From contig JANKJI020000002.1 in the NCBI GenBank assembly GCA_024626585.2, positions 29,458,051 to 29,490,510 on the forward strand: a DNA stretch of 32,460 nucleotides, given 5' to 3'. Both the position numbers and the translations under genes were made by a program. Shown in pieces: positions 12,655 through 25,472 of the stretch (its first letter is position 1; each line of letters begins with the position of its first letter). A model generated the notes under the pieces. It had not been told where the DNA came from, did not search any database, and worked only from the letters and a program-made list of their open reading frames with translations. Origin of the DNA: Ginkgo biloba. Taxonomy: Eukaryota; Plantae; Ginkgophyta.

Positions 12655-13600
12655 CCTCGATTGTAGAGATGATCATTGAGGTAGATTAATGAGGCAATTT
12701 TCTCTCAATTTGCACTAGCTCAATCGAGGTATTCGAGTACCTTGATCATGGAGATGATGATTGAGGAAGATTAATGTGGTGATTTTCTCTTTATTTCATA
12801 TGTGTGTCCACTAGCTTGATCGAGGTGTTTAAATACCTCAATCGTAGAGACAAAAAATGAGGTAGATTAATGAGGAAATTTTCTCTTGATTTCGTACTCT
12901 AGTCCACTAGCTCAATCAAGGTATTTGAATACCTTGATTGTGGAGATGACAATCAAGGTATATTAATGAGGTAATTTTCTCTTAATTTTATACACTAGTC
13001 TACTAGCTCAATTGAGATGTCTGAATACCTCAATCATGAAGACGATGATTGAGGTAGATTAATGAGGCAATTTTCTCTTGATTTCTACTAGCTCGATCAA
13101 TGTGTTCGAATACCTCGATTGTGGCGATGACGATTGAGGCATATTAATGAGGTGATTTCCTCTCAATTTTGTGCACATATCCACTAGCTCAATCGAGGTG
13201 TCCGAATACCTCAATCGTAGAGATGATGATTGAGGCAAATTAATGAGGCAATTTTCTCTCGATTTTGTTTGATACTTATATAGCTTGATCGAGGTATCTG
13301 AATACCTTGATTGATATTTGCATACCTCTATCATGGAGATCTATAATTGAGGTAGATTAATTATAGGTTTTTCCTCTAGGAGGTTATCTCAATGAGGGTA
13401 TATGGATACCTTGATTGAGGTATATGGATATCTCAATTGAGGTAATGGAATACCTCAATCGAGGTGAACTTATCTCAATCACAGTGACACAGGATTGACA
13501 AAAATTAATTGTAGGATTTTTTATGAATTGATGTGTCAAGAAGCTCGATGGAGGTATTTGGTTACCTCGATCGAGGTATCGAATATCTTGATCGAGCTTA
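12655..13600. repeat. Palindrome-rich minisatellite: 7 full units of 85/96 bp plus a partial unit, then shorter ~22-bp palindromic units
   Basis: Unit starts at 12655, 12740, 12836, 12932, 13028, 13113, 13209, 13305. Consensus CCTCRATCGTRGAGATGAYGATTGAGGTAGATTAATGAGGYAATTTTCTCT...CACTAGCTCRATCGAGGTRTYYGAATA. Confidence 0.93.
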
Positions 13601-13915
13601 TTTTTTGTACCATTTTTATAAAACCCCCATTTTGTCCATTCGAGGTCATTTTCACCACTAAGAAGTGCGAGAAAATATTGAGCGACCGTGAGATAAACAA
13701 ATTTGCAATGAAGTATTTTTATTTTTTTAATTCAAACCTAATTAATTAATCATATTTTAATCTTTCCATATCATCATATCTGGGGACACTCCTTTATTTT
13801 CATTGAGTGAGATATNNNNNNNNNNNNNNNNNNNNNNNNNNNNNNNNNNNNNNNNNNNNNNNNNNNNNNNNNNNNNNNNNNNNNNNNNNNNNNNNNNNNN
13901 NNNNNNNNNNNNNNN

Positions 13916-14070
13916 AGCATGCATCCAACATTCAAACTCATCCTTGATCCATTTTCTTATTCCCCTTCCAAGATTTGGCTACTTATAGCCCTACAAGGTC
14001 TCCTATAGGCCCAATCTCTGCTTCTCCAATTGTCCCATTGCTTGGTCCTCTTCTCACACTCTTCTCTTCG
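13916..14070 (+). repeat. ~155-bp direct repeat, copy 1
   Basis: ATGCATCCAACATTCAAACTCA...CCCTACAAGGT...CACACTCTTCTCTTCG is also present at 16461-16615. Confidence 0.85.
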
Positions 14071-16460
14071 GCCTTAACATAGTCCTGCTCATCTCAATTT
14101 AAATACTCATATCTCTTTCAAACTGTTCAGACCTATTGTCCACCCTTCCTCTCTATTATTGCACTTCTCCCACTGTGCACCCTCTTTCCTCTTTTCGTCT
14201 CACAACATGCTTTCCAATTTCTCCTCTTTTCCTTAATGACCAACCTCTTCTCACTTTCCTCTCCTTCGGAGACCTCTTCTCTCATTTTTCCTCCTTCAAC
14301 TTGCATGCTTTTCTCCCTCCGATGCCTTATGCAACCTCCAAAAATTGCTTGGCTCCTATTCTCCAAAATATTCAATGGCATCCCAAAACTCCACCTACCA
14401 TTTTTCTCATTAAAATGGATGGTTGGGCACCTTTAAGGGACTTTAATATGTGTTGTAGGCTCATAAACCCCGCTGGACAGACCCCCATATATTCCATAAA
14501 TGCACCACGAGCTCACTTAATTTTTTTCCAAAATTTATTATCGTGGCCCTTTAGGTCATTCATCAACTTCATTCATACNNNNNNNNNNNNNNNNNNNNNN
14601 NNNNNNNNNNNNNNNNNNNNNNNNNNNNNNNNNNNNNNNNNNNNNNTGCTCATTCGTCTAACAACTTTAGTCTATTCATCTATCTTCTTCCTTTCATTCG
14701 TCAACCTTCTTGAGGTCCAATAGATGAATAATTTTTCCAGCCCCAATATTCTTTGGATCTCTTTCCATTGGTGCCTTCCTTTGCCATTTCATCTCACCTA
14801 TTAAGATTTTCTTTAGGTCATTCATTTCGACACCATTATCAACTCGTCTAAAATAACACCACACTTCACCCATTTGGCCAAAATATTCATCGCTAACTTG
14901 CACTTGGCCAAAATATGTCAAAATGGGAGATGACCCTACATAATCCTACTTTTCTTTAAATTTTTTCATGATCCCCTATTCATTCCCTATTAGTCTCTTT
15001 GCTCATATTCACCCAATTCCTTCATCTCACTTTCAAAATTTCTAATTTTTTCTTCTTGCAAAAACATCCATCCACTTCTTNNNNNNNNNNNNNNNNNNNN
15101 NNNNNNNNNNNNNNNNNNNNNNNNNNNNNNNNNNNNNNNNNNNNNNNNNNNNNNNNNNNNNNNNNNNNNNNNNNNNNNNNNNNNNNNNNNNNNNNNNNNN
15201 NNNNNNNNNNNNNNNNNNNNNNNNNCATGGTGCCTTCCTTCCTCATCAACCGAATTATGATTCGGCCCTTCATCAATACTTTTATGTAAATTTTTCCTAT
15301 TCCATTCCTCATTATGATATTCCAAAGTGGATCTAACCACCACATCCAACTTTTTCTCCTTCTTGTGCTCCTCCATTAGCACATCTGAATCCAATGCCTC
15401 TTTCTCACAAGGCTTCTCCCCATTATCTCATCACCTATAAAAATAACAAAAGGATAACACTTTCTTACATAATTTTATTTCTCCCTCTCCTCATTTCTCC
15501 TCCATTCCTTTTGTTTAATTGCCCAATTTTCTTTGGATCTCTTGTCAACCTCCATTAGTCATTTTTTTTCACCTATTGTTCATTTGACCAAACTCTTTCA
15601 TTATTTGTTGACCTGCATTCATCATTTTTCAAAATCCTTTTCCCATTTGACAAAAAACTTTGCTCATTGTTAAAATATTATGTCCACTTATCATCAACGT
15701 CCTCTGTGTGCCCTCTACACTTGACTTCCTTCCTCTCTGTTTCCTATCTACTATGCACCAACACTACACCTCCCTCAGTCTCATTCCTCCTCATCCCAAA
15801 AATGATCACCTTGAGTCTTTTTGCTTCTCTTCTCTTTTTCACGACATGCTTGTGGAATTCATCTTCACTCTATTTTATTCTCCTCCAAAGTCCTCTAATT
15901 CCATTACCTCTAGCCTTCTCCTTAAGGCCTCTATCTCCCTGTGGACTATTTCTTCCCTTCTCTCATAGTATGCCAACCTTACCATCTTCATAGTCTTCAA
16001 ACTCTTCAATAATACTTTAATGAGGCTATGATACTAGATGATGCTATTAGTCTCATGATCTCCTCCCAAACCCGACCACTAACCAAGATCTTCTCTTTAT
16101 TTAACCCATTTACTCTTGGGTCTTCACACTATTTGTTTAATGGTCAACAACAAACACACATAAAAATGGATAAACAAAAATTAAATTTTAAGGGCATGTA
16201 GGCCCCATCATATCATATGCAAGATATGTATAAAATAAAGAACAAGGAAATTTTTATTCATATGTAAATCTAACTCATGCATTTAACTATCCCATCGACC
16301 TAAAACACATATTACATATGTGGCCCATGGCCTAAAATCACATTATTACATAAATGGCCTATCCTCCATTGGAAAATACAAACCCTAAATTTAACTNNNN
16401 NNNNNNATTACATAAATACCCCATCAGGGCTTTGGTTATAATTTTAAGGATCCCTCTCAA

Positions 16461-16615
16461 AGAATGCATCCAACATTCAAACTCAACGTTTAGTCATATC
16501 CTCATTTCTCTTCCAAGATCTAGCTACTCACATCCCTACAAGGTTTCCTATGGATCTAATCTTTGCTTCTCCAACTGACCCATTGTTTAGTCCTCTTATC
16601 ACACTCTTCTCTTCG
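16461..16615 (+). repeat. ~155-bp direct repeat, copy 2
   Basis: Diverged copy of 13916-14070, offset 2545 bp, cut off by a gap. Confidence 0.85.
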
Positions 16616-18479
16616 NNNNNNNNNNNNNNNNNNNNNNNNNNNNNNNNNNNNNNNNNNNNNNNNNNNNNNNNNNNNNNNNNNNNNNNNNNNNNNNNNNNNN
16701 NNNNNNNNNNNNNNNTCTACGACATATCCTTCTTGATGAGATTTCTCACCAAATTTTTCATTTTAATCATGTATTATCTTATATTATGTCATTAATTCTC
16801 ATGATTTTCTTATGCATGTGATGTGTAAAGGACTCTATGACTAAAGAACCCCCATATTTTTCTCCTTTGAATATGTTTTTGACAGGTATTATATTGGGGA
16901 GTGGTACTTACCATTAACAATGATTGGTAAGGATGAAGTAAGTTAATATTATCATCAATGGAGTTTGTAGTGATGATGGTTTTACTTATAACATCCTATA
17001 GGATCAATAATGTAATAACATATGGATGAATAGAAAAAATTATTCTAATAACTGTAATAGGTAGAGTACACAATAATACTGCTTAAATGTATTACAACCT
17101 TAGCATAACACATAGGTATACAATAAACATTATGTATCCAATGATGTTCCATAAATAAATGAATAAAATATCCATCCACACTTTGACATAAAATATTTAG
17201 AACTATATTTACTTTATTTGTCCATGCATTATGATATTTTGATCAATTTAGAGGTAAAAAAACCTAACAATATCCATTAGAAGAATTTTGAATTATACTC
17301 TCTTTGGGAGGAATATAATGCATAATAATATTTGAGACATATTCATATATATATATATATATTGGCTACTCATATATAGATACCTTACGATTCTTGCTAA
17401 ATCCACCAATGTCAAATTTGGAGCACTTATCATTATAATATCAAATCTAATTACTTAATCATTAAGTTTAGGACCCAAAATAAGGTATTTCCTTGTACTC
17501 ATTCAATAAAAAGAAAACCATAACTTTCATCATGCTTTTGGAAGTAATGCATGATGAGAACCCTTTTGATTGAACTTCAACTTGTGTTAAAAAATGCTCC
17601 TTCAAAAATAATCAATATACATCTCAAATAGAGTGAAATAATTATTCGTATGAATAATGAATACCTATCATATTTACAATGAATAATAATCAATATATAA
17701 TGCTTGTAAACTATGTTATAAACATATAGTAGCAAGCATGCCCATATTGAATGAAATATCCTTGTATAAAACTATAGGAATATTTATACCTATGTGAATC
17801 CAAATGATTGAAAGTAGATGACAATATAAATACACATAGATTAGTAGCAACCAATATATTTATATATTATTTATTTTCACATTTCATATTGTCAAAGACT
17901 CAATATTTTTCTCTCTTTCATTATTTAAAATTCAATTCAAATATTTTAACNNNNNNNNNNNNNNNNNNNNNNNNNNNNNNNNNNNNNNNNNNNNNNNNNN
18001 NNNNNNNNNNNNNNNNNNNNNNNNNNNNNNNNNNNNNNNNNNNNNNNNNNTGCATTTTCTTGTAAATGGTATAGTATTATTCTAAGGTATTCCCTCCACT
18101 TGTCCCTTTAAAAACTTAAGAAAGAAGCATTGTTTGGTCTTCGAAAGGTGCCAGAGGAGATCTTTATGAATTCTTATTTTTATATAGGGTTTTGGGATAC
18201 ACTTATCCTTAATAGAAGCATTTTTTTACATTAGAACAACCTATGGGGTTCTTGATGCTTTGGATTATTGTGCCTTGGGAGAAACATTCTTCTCTAGAAA
18301 ACCATTTAACTTGGTTGACTTNNNNNNNNNNNNNNNNNNNNGTAGGGGCTTTACCCTTACATTTAATTACTCACCCTCCATCCTCTTTAGAGATATATGA
18401 GGAGGATTTAGTACTATTATTCCTAGAAGGTTTAGTCACTAGAGTAAGAGCTAGGTTTTCTTACCTATACTTGGCTAGT

Positions 18480-19050
18480 AGAGGGTAGTCCTTGATCATA
18501 TTCTTAAAGCTTTGGCAGTGAAATCATGTGTTGGGAACATTTAGGTATCTAATAGGCTAATACAACTACCTTCCATTTCCAAAGGATAGGATGGCCTCCG
18601 AAGGTAAATTCCTAGAGATATCTACCTAAACACATACTCACTTATGAGGTTAGGGGTTATACATCCTATGAGGCTCATGGAAAATAAATTTGTTAATAGG
18701 ATAAACAATGTCCCTAAGCATTTTTCCTAAAAGGAGAGGGAGTCTAGGAAACTCAACCCAAATAGGACATGCATACAACACCATATTTTTTAACAAAAAA
18801 ATCAATCCTAAGGCCCATAAAGGAGCACCTAGTTTTCATACTCTATAGAATCAAAGGTGAAGGAAAAGAATCCTTATGTGAGATACCGGATAAAAATTAC
18901 CTTCCAACTGTGAGCCTCCCAGGCTTCTTTAATCCATTGTCAAAGAACAAATTTAGGTGGATCTCTCCCCATAAAGTATCCAATAAGGGTATTGGAGGCA
19001 AAAGTATATGTTATAAAATTAACCTCATTAGGGTCTAAAGACCAGGTGGG
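18480..19050 (-). mobile_element. LINE (L1-clade) ORF1 remnant (DUF4283-adjacent motif and zinc knuckle)
   Basis: Minus strand PIWVEFPRLPLL (near 18760) and PIRYLNVPNT*FHCQSFKNMIKDYP, which resembles YxNLPxxCFxCxxxGHxxKDCP. Confidence 0.7.
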
Positions 19051-19369
19051 GAAGGAGTACTGGACTCACCTCGTAGTATACCTTCAAGAAAAATTTGTGA
19101 GCTCTCTTGGGTGCCATCCTACTCTGGTTGCACATTATTTTAAGAAATAGGGAGTATGAAAATCTAACCACCAAACTGCATCAAATTGAATGGATCTATA
19201 GTGCCCATGGAAAGGGGTTTAAACCCTATCAAATCTAATAACTATGGAAACATGTGTATTAATCGCCCCTCTATGNNNNNNNNNNAAGCAAAGCAATTTT
19301 TTGCATTCCAATGCTCTTCCATATTGTGGATCCAAATTTATGGGAGCTCATAAGAATCAATTTTAACAC

Positions 19370-20165
19370 TATTATACATAGAAATACCATTTACATTATG
19401 CATTGATTTAAGTGGAGTAACAATCAGAGAAGTTCTAACTCAGGATGGGAAAGTGATAGCATATGAAAGAAGAAAAATGAATGAAATAGAAAAAAGGTAT
19501 CCCATACATGATATCAAAATATGGAAGCATTATCTCAAGATCAATGAATTTGAATTCATTACTAATCATAAGCCATTATTATCCTTTACACCCAAAGTAG
19601 AATTGGGATCAAGACAATAAACATGGGTAATTATATTTGAAGAATTTAAGCCCAAGTTTACTTATTAATAAAGAAAGAAAAATGTGGTAATAGATGAACT
19701 ATCCAGATTGCCAAAAGATTTCAACATCTTAGTGATATAAGGGTCTTTTAAATAAGAGATCCAAAAATATCAATAAAATGATAAGTGGTGTCAAGAATCA
19801 TAAAATTCACTTAAGGAAGGAGAACATTTACATAATATATCTTATCATGATGGATTACTTTGGTATGGAAATTCAGTCATCATACCTGATATTGTAGAAC
19901 TAAAGTATAACATTTTGTATGAACATGATATTTCCTTTTTTATCCACATAGGGAGAGGTAAGACATATGAAGTAGTAAGAAAGTATGTTTACTAGAAAAA
20001 TATAAAAAATAATATTGTAGAATATATTCAAACTTGTGAGTAATGTCAAGTGAATAAATAATATAGAGATCTACTAAGGGGATTGTTAGTTCATTTACCC
20101 ATTCTAGAAGATAAATGGGAAAGTATTTCCTTGGATTTTATGACTTCGTTTCCTAAGTCTTCTAA
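19370..20165 (+). mobile_element. Ty3/gypsy RNase H-integrase remnant
   Basis: PFTLCIDLSG..VLTQDGKVIAYERRKMNEIEKRYPIHD, WKHYL..TNHKPL, KKNVVIDELSR, IVEYIQTCE*CQVNK, LPILEDKWESISLDFMTSFPKS. Confidence 0.9.
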
Positions 20166-20837
20166 TCTAATACAGGTGGCCTTCCTATGTGATATGATCA
20201 CATATCGATGATCAACCTCAATCACATGTCACCCGACGATGGAGAAAAATCCTCATGTGAGCTTATAAATTTTAGTTAAATTGACCTTGTCATTGACCAC
20301 CTCGAGGATCTTAACATCCATATCCTTACTGACACATGTTAATGAGATGAAATGAATGTGCCTAGTTTGGTTTGTCCATCACGCAATTTCTAAGCTTGAA
20401 TGACATAAAATATTTCTAATTACTTATTAAATGGTATAAATGAAAATAGCATAGACATCAACTAAATAATCACACATGAGATCATATAGAGACACGACTT
20501 TCTAACTAGAGAAACCCTTACAGGAAATAAAACTCTAGGATAACATTCCTCAACAACCTTGAATTATTACATCATACACCTTAGTTATTCCTCATTGTTG
20601 AGGGGTAATACAATTGAATNNNNNNNNNNNNNNNNNNNNNNNNNNNNNNNNNNNNNNNNNNNNNNNNNNNNNNNNNNNNNNNNNNNNNNNNNNNNNNNNN
20701 NNNNNNNNNNNNNNNNNNNATCGAGTAATTTCAACAAGGGCAATCAGTGAAGTAATTCAACAGAAACTGGGCTTGTTTACTGTCATAGTGCCGGAGTAGA
20801 TTTCATTTAATTTGTGTTTCAAATATTGGATTTTCAG

Positions 20838-20957
20838 GTTGTACAAAACCATGCCAAATCATGGTTACCTGCCCGTTCTATCATTGCGGAGTCAATAGCA
20901 GCAAGGAAGGAGATTGATTCAAGTGGAGAGATTGTAGCTTTAAAGCAATTTTGCCCT
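20838..20957 (+). CDS. MYG1: Internal 120-nt exon of MYG1 (UPF0160 metal-dependent hydrolase / exonuclease)
   Basis: Splice sites ttttcag|GTT...CCT|gtaagt, phase 0/0. Encodes VVQNHAKSWLPARSIIAESIAARKEIDSSGEIVALKQFCP, which matches the conserved MYG1 segment SWLPARxIV...DPSGEI....FCPWK. Confidence 0.9.
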
Positions 20958-21099
20958 GTAAGTAAAGGATGTATCATGTAATTGACTTGGATGTTATTCC
21001 ATTTTACTGAATACATATTCATGTATGTTCAACACCACATGTATTTTGCCTTCCCAGTTTTGGTTTGTCTTTTAGTAGTAGACAGATTGTATGCATTAA

Positions 21100-23691
21100 T
21101 GTGTCACAATTCTTATCAATCATTTTTTCTTTCTGTATTCACCAACACCTCTTCTTATCCTCTCAAACACCCCCTTATCCTTCACCTCCATCCCTCTCCT
21201 CATCTAATCAACCAATATTTCAGTCTCTCAATGAATTAACCAATCAGCTAGCCAACTTACTCCTCAGTGAATCCACCACTCTCTTCTGCTCATTCTCCTA
21301 CTTTCAAATCCTCTAAGAAAGTAACCCACTCTCCTTCTTCTTTCAAATATTATATGCTTCATTCAAATTCTTGGACGCAAATGTTTCCCTCTAATATATT
21401 GGTTGGTGGGAATTAATTTCCCTTTAATGAATCCTACCATTAATGATGTATAATGACTTCCTATGGCCTAGTATCACCTTTCCTCTTGCCTCTTTATTGT
21501 CTAATGGTTGAGGTATTGAATGTGATCCTATACTACAAACATTTATTTCCTCTCCTACGATCATTTTCCCTTCAACCTCTATGTTCCTAAATTGGAGTAG
21601 GTAAATTATACTATTGAGAAATTAAGACTTACTTCCTATCACATGGATATTATCTTCCTTATTAGCATATGTCTTCGACATGAAGTTTTCATACTTCCCT
21701 CACACTTGAATTTCAACCTTATATGAGTGTTGGTATTCTATTACCTGACAGTGTCATTTTACCTTCCTTGACATTGTCGGTCTTCCTTCTCTCCTTCTTC
21801 AATGAGGATGTCATTCTTTATATATCTTTCACCTGACATATCTCTTCTCAAAATGCTCAACAGATTTCTCAAAATGATGTCACTACGTCAGCTTGGCTTA
21901 CCTCCTCAAAATTTTTCACTTCATTAGAGTGCAATCAATATGTTCCTACATCATCCTCCCTTACTTGCAAAAATTGTAGGTCCTCCTGCAAACACTCCTC
22001 CTNNNNNNNNNNNNNNNNNNNNNNNNNNNNNNNNNNNNNNNNNNNNNNNNNNNNNNNNNNNNNNNNNNNNNNNNNNNNNNNNNNNNNNNNNNNNNNNNNN
22101 NNNNNNNNNNNNNNNNNNNNNNNNNNNNNNNNNNNNNNNNNNNNNNNNNNNNNNNNNNNNNNNNNNNNNNNNNNNNNNNNNNNNNNNNNNNNNNNNNNNN
22201 NNNNNNNNNNNNNNNNNTCATCCCCTGAATATGGATACAGATCACTGATATTGAAGACTGGCATAATTTCATATTCCCCTGGCAAATCGACTTGATACGC
22301 ATTTTCTCCACACCTCCTGACAATTCTGCACGATCTAATCTTCTTGTATTTGAGCTTGTTATATGTGCCTATCAGGAATCTCTCCCTCCTCAAATATACA
22401 AGCACCTTATCTCCCACCTTAAACTCCTTATATCTCCTATGTTGGTCTTCTGCTAACTTATATCTAGCATTACTCTGCTTAATGCGCTGCTTCACCTCTT
22501 CGTGTGTCTTCTTCAGCATCTCTGACATGGTTTCAACATCGACACTGACTCTTTCACCATCTAAGATGTCGGCTAAATCCACCACTGACTTTAGAAACCT
22601 CCCATACACAATCTGAAATGGTATTTTGACTGTCATCCAGTTGATTGATCCATTGAATGTAAATTTTGCTTATGCCAACACTTGATCCCACTGTTTGGGT
22701 TTGCTTCCTGCCAGGCTTCTCAGCAAATTACCTAGAGATCTGTTTATAACCTTCATTTGTTTGTCAGTCTGTGGATGATATGCATTGCTGAACTTCAATT
22801 ATGTTCCTAATCTTCTCCACAACATCTTCCAAAAATGGCTAAGAAACTTATTGTCCCTGTTAGAATTAATACTTCTAAGCAATCCATGCAGTCTGATGAT
22901 TTCCTTAAAAAAGAGTTATGATGCCCTACTTGTGTCGTTGGTCTTTTTACATGGTATGAAATGGTCCATCTTTGAGAATCTATCAATGATAAAAAACACT
23001 GAGTTATTGAATCTCTATGTGTTAGGCAATCCTAACACAAAATCCATTAAGATGTCTTCCCACAGTGCATCTATGACTAATAATGGTTTATATAGCCTGA
23101 CATTTTGCGATTATCCCTTGGCAACTTGGTAGATCAGGTACTACTCAAAAAAATTTCACATATATTTCCTTAGTCCTGGCCAAAAATAACAGTATTCCAC
23201 TAGTGCAATAGTTTTATCCCTGCCAAACTGTCCTCCTAGTCCACCATTGTGCAATTCTTTGATGATGTTCTCTCGTATGGAGTTATTAAGTATGCATAGC
23301 TATCAGCCTTTGAAAAGATATCCATATTGTAAGAAATAACTTCTGTAGATCTCTCTATTTTCAATTGTTAAATTCTTCAAATATTCTACTGCTTGTCAAA
23401 AATCCATATCAGTGACATACATTTCCTTTATTCACTCAACTATAATGAATTTATTTTCCATGGTTGTTAACAATGTCATCATCTAGCTTAAGGAATCTAT
23501 CACTTGATTCATCTTACCTGAGTTATGATTTAATATGAATGAATAAATTTTCAAAAATTCCACCCATTTTGTATGCTGGATGCTCAACATCCCTTAAAAG
23601 TTTATGAACTTCAAGGATTGGTGATCTGTATATAGAAAAAATTCCTTTGGTAACATGTAATGTCACCAATATTTTAATGTATACACCATGG
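21100..23691 (-). mobile_element. Ty3/gypsy (CRM-like) element 3' half: RNase H end, integrase, PPT, 3' LTR
   Basis: [109 protein letters not shown] is followed by the LTR start TGATGTAGG at 21953, and the ORF overlaps the LTR. The left LTR boundary is approximate. Confidence 0.9.
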
Positions 23692-23811
23692 NNNNNNNNN
23701 NNNNNNNNNNNNNNNNNNNNNNNNNNNNNNNNNNNNNNNNNNNNNNNNNNNNNNNNNNNNNNNNNNNNNNNNNNNNNNNNNNNNNNNNNNNTCAAAAAAT
23801 TAGGTTTCAAA

Positions 23812-23975
23812 ATTATCAGGCTATCAGGCATCAGGCATCAAAGTATCAAGTTATTAGGCATCTCACCCACCTGACTAAAGGTTATTGGTTTATCAGCCTC
23901 TCTCCCACCCAATGTAAGGTTATCGGATTATCGTTCCTCTCACCCACCTTATGGAAGGCTATCGGCTATCGGTGA
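23812..23975. repeat. Short degenerate tandem repeats (~38-bp AAGGTTATYGG..TATC..CCTCTCWCCCACC x3; ATCAGGC runs)
   Basis: TCTC(A/T)CCCACC motif recurs near 23862, 23901 and 23938. Confidence 0.7.
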
Positions 23976-24772
23976 ATCAGGGTTCTTGTCACCCGAGTTA
24001 GGTCATGCCTCATAGAAACCTCGTGGACCCAAATGAAGTCACATTGGGCTATCATCTATAGACAATTAAACATCATAGAATAAGACCCCTTACCCACCAA
24101 AGTTAAGGCACCTCACATAAACCTCGTGGACCTAATATGTTATTCAATATGCTTTCGAAAAAATCTGAGTTTAATAAGTTAAACACTTCATAAAAAGTGG
24201 AAATAAAAAGAATATCTTAGGGGAGTGAAGATCAGAGATTACAAAGTGACTTACAACTGGCACTTTATCAAACATCCAACTTAATGGACCCAAAAATTAT
24301 TCAAAGTGGTATAAAAAACATTTGATTTTTGTAAGATAAAACTTCCACAAAATAAAAGGTGAATCTCAAGACTGACTTCGAAGATCAAATATTGTGAAGT
24401 GAGAGTGCATGGCACCTTGTGACTCATCGAATTTACTAGACTCAAAATTTTGTTCAATACATTTTTAGGATCATTTGAGTTCCATAACTTAAAGACTTCA
24501 TAAAATAAAAGGTGAAATCTCAAAGACATTGAGAGATCAGGGTTTAAAAGTTTTGAAGTGACTTACACCAGCAATTTTGCAAACACTTGATTGTATAGAC
24601 CTAAAGTTTATTGTGAAGGATTTTTAGAAACCTAGAGTTCTAAAAATTGGAAAATATGAGAAATGAAGAAATTGTATAATTTTTTCCAAGAATTAGTTCA
24701 ACTTACTTTGAATAGTTCAAATGTAACTGAAAACTAAGAAAAAAAACTAGTTGGATGGTTGGGCAACTAGAA

Positions 24773-24876
24773 AGCCAAGAGCCAAGGAGTGAAGGCAGCC
24801 AAGAGGGCAAAACCATGAAGAGCAGCCAATAACGGCACAGCCATAGAGTGCAGCCAAGAGGCACAGCCATAGAGCG
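24773..24876. repeat. Degenerate CAGCCA(A/T)-core minisatellite
   Basis: Repeated GCAGCCAAGAGG and GCACAGCCATAGAG. Confidence 0.65.
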
Positions 24877-25472
24877 AAAGAAAATCATTAAAAAAGGAAT
24901 TGTCACACCAATTAAATGGGATAAAAGAAAAGATAGGTAGAAACAAGAAGACACGCATGGTAAAAGATGCTAGCAAAGTTGTTACATAACCATTGCAGGC
25001 ATTAAGGTTCCTCCATTCAAAATAATATCAATCAAAGCACCTCAACTTTTTTCTTTCATTATAAGAGCATCAAGAACACTCTCTCTCTATAAGATAAAAG
25101 AATATAAGGCAAGGTACTTGCATTCAATACTAATTCAATGACCATTACATTTGCCAAACATCAATATATTAAAATAATTACTTATTATAAGGATTATAGT
25201 TCCTATATTTTATTTTGGATAGGATTTGAAAATAAGATTCACATGATATGGATCAAGAAATGGGTTCTATTGATTCCCAAGAGGGAAGGATGTGATGTGC
25301 CATCTTAACCAAGAGGGGGGATAGCACATAATTATATGGGGGTTATGATTATTAAGGGGATATAACTAAAGGNNNNNNNNNNNNNNNNNNNNNNNNNNNN
25401 NNNNNNNNNNNNNNNNNNNNNNNNNNNNNNNNNNNNNNNNNNNNNNNNNNNNNNNNNNNNNNNNNNNNNNNN

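Noticed and set aside
12655-13400. CRISPR-like array (palindromic repeats with a variable patch)
   Set aside because: Units are homologous along nearly their full length, the variable parts are only about 11 nt and related to each other, there are no cas genes, and the context is a plant genome.
14136-14723. 195-aa plus-strand ORF
   Set aside because: Low-complexity L/F/S/P composition from a pyrimidine-rich strand, spans a gap, and has no domain motif.
16886-16938. Exon-like segment between ttttgacag and gtaagt
   Set aside because: No recognisable peptide or partner exon; such signals arise by chance in AT-rich DNA.
20170-20619. Possible LTR fragment
   Set aside because: Only general compositional resemblance; no termini, PBS or PPT could be fixed.
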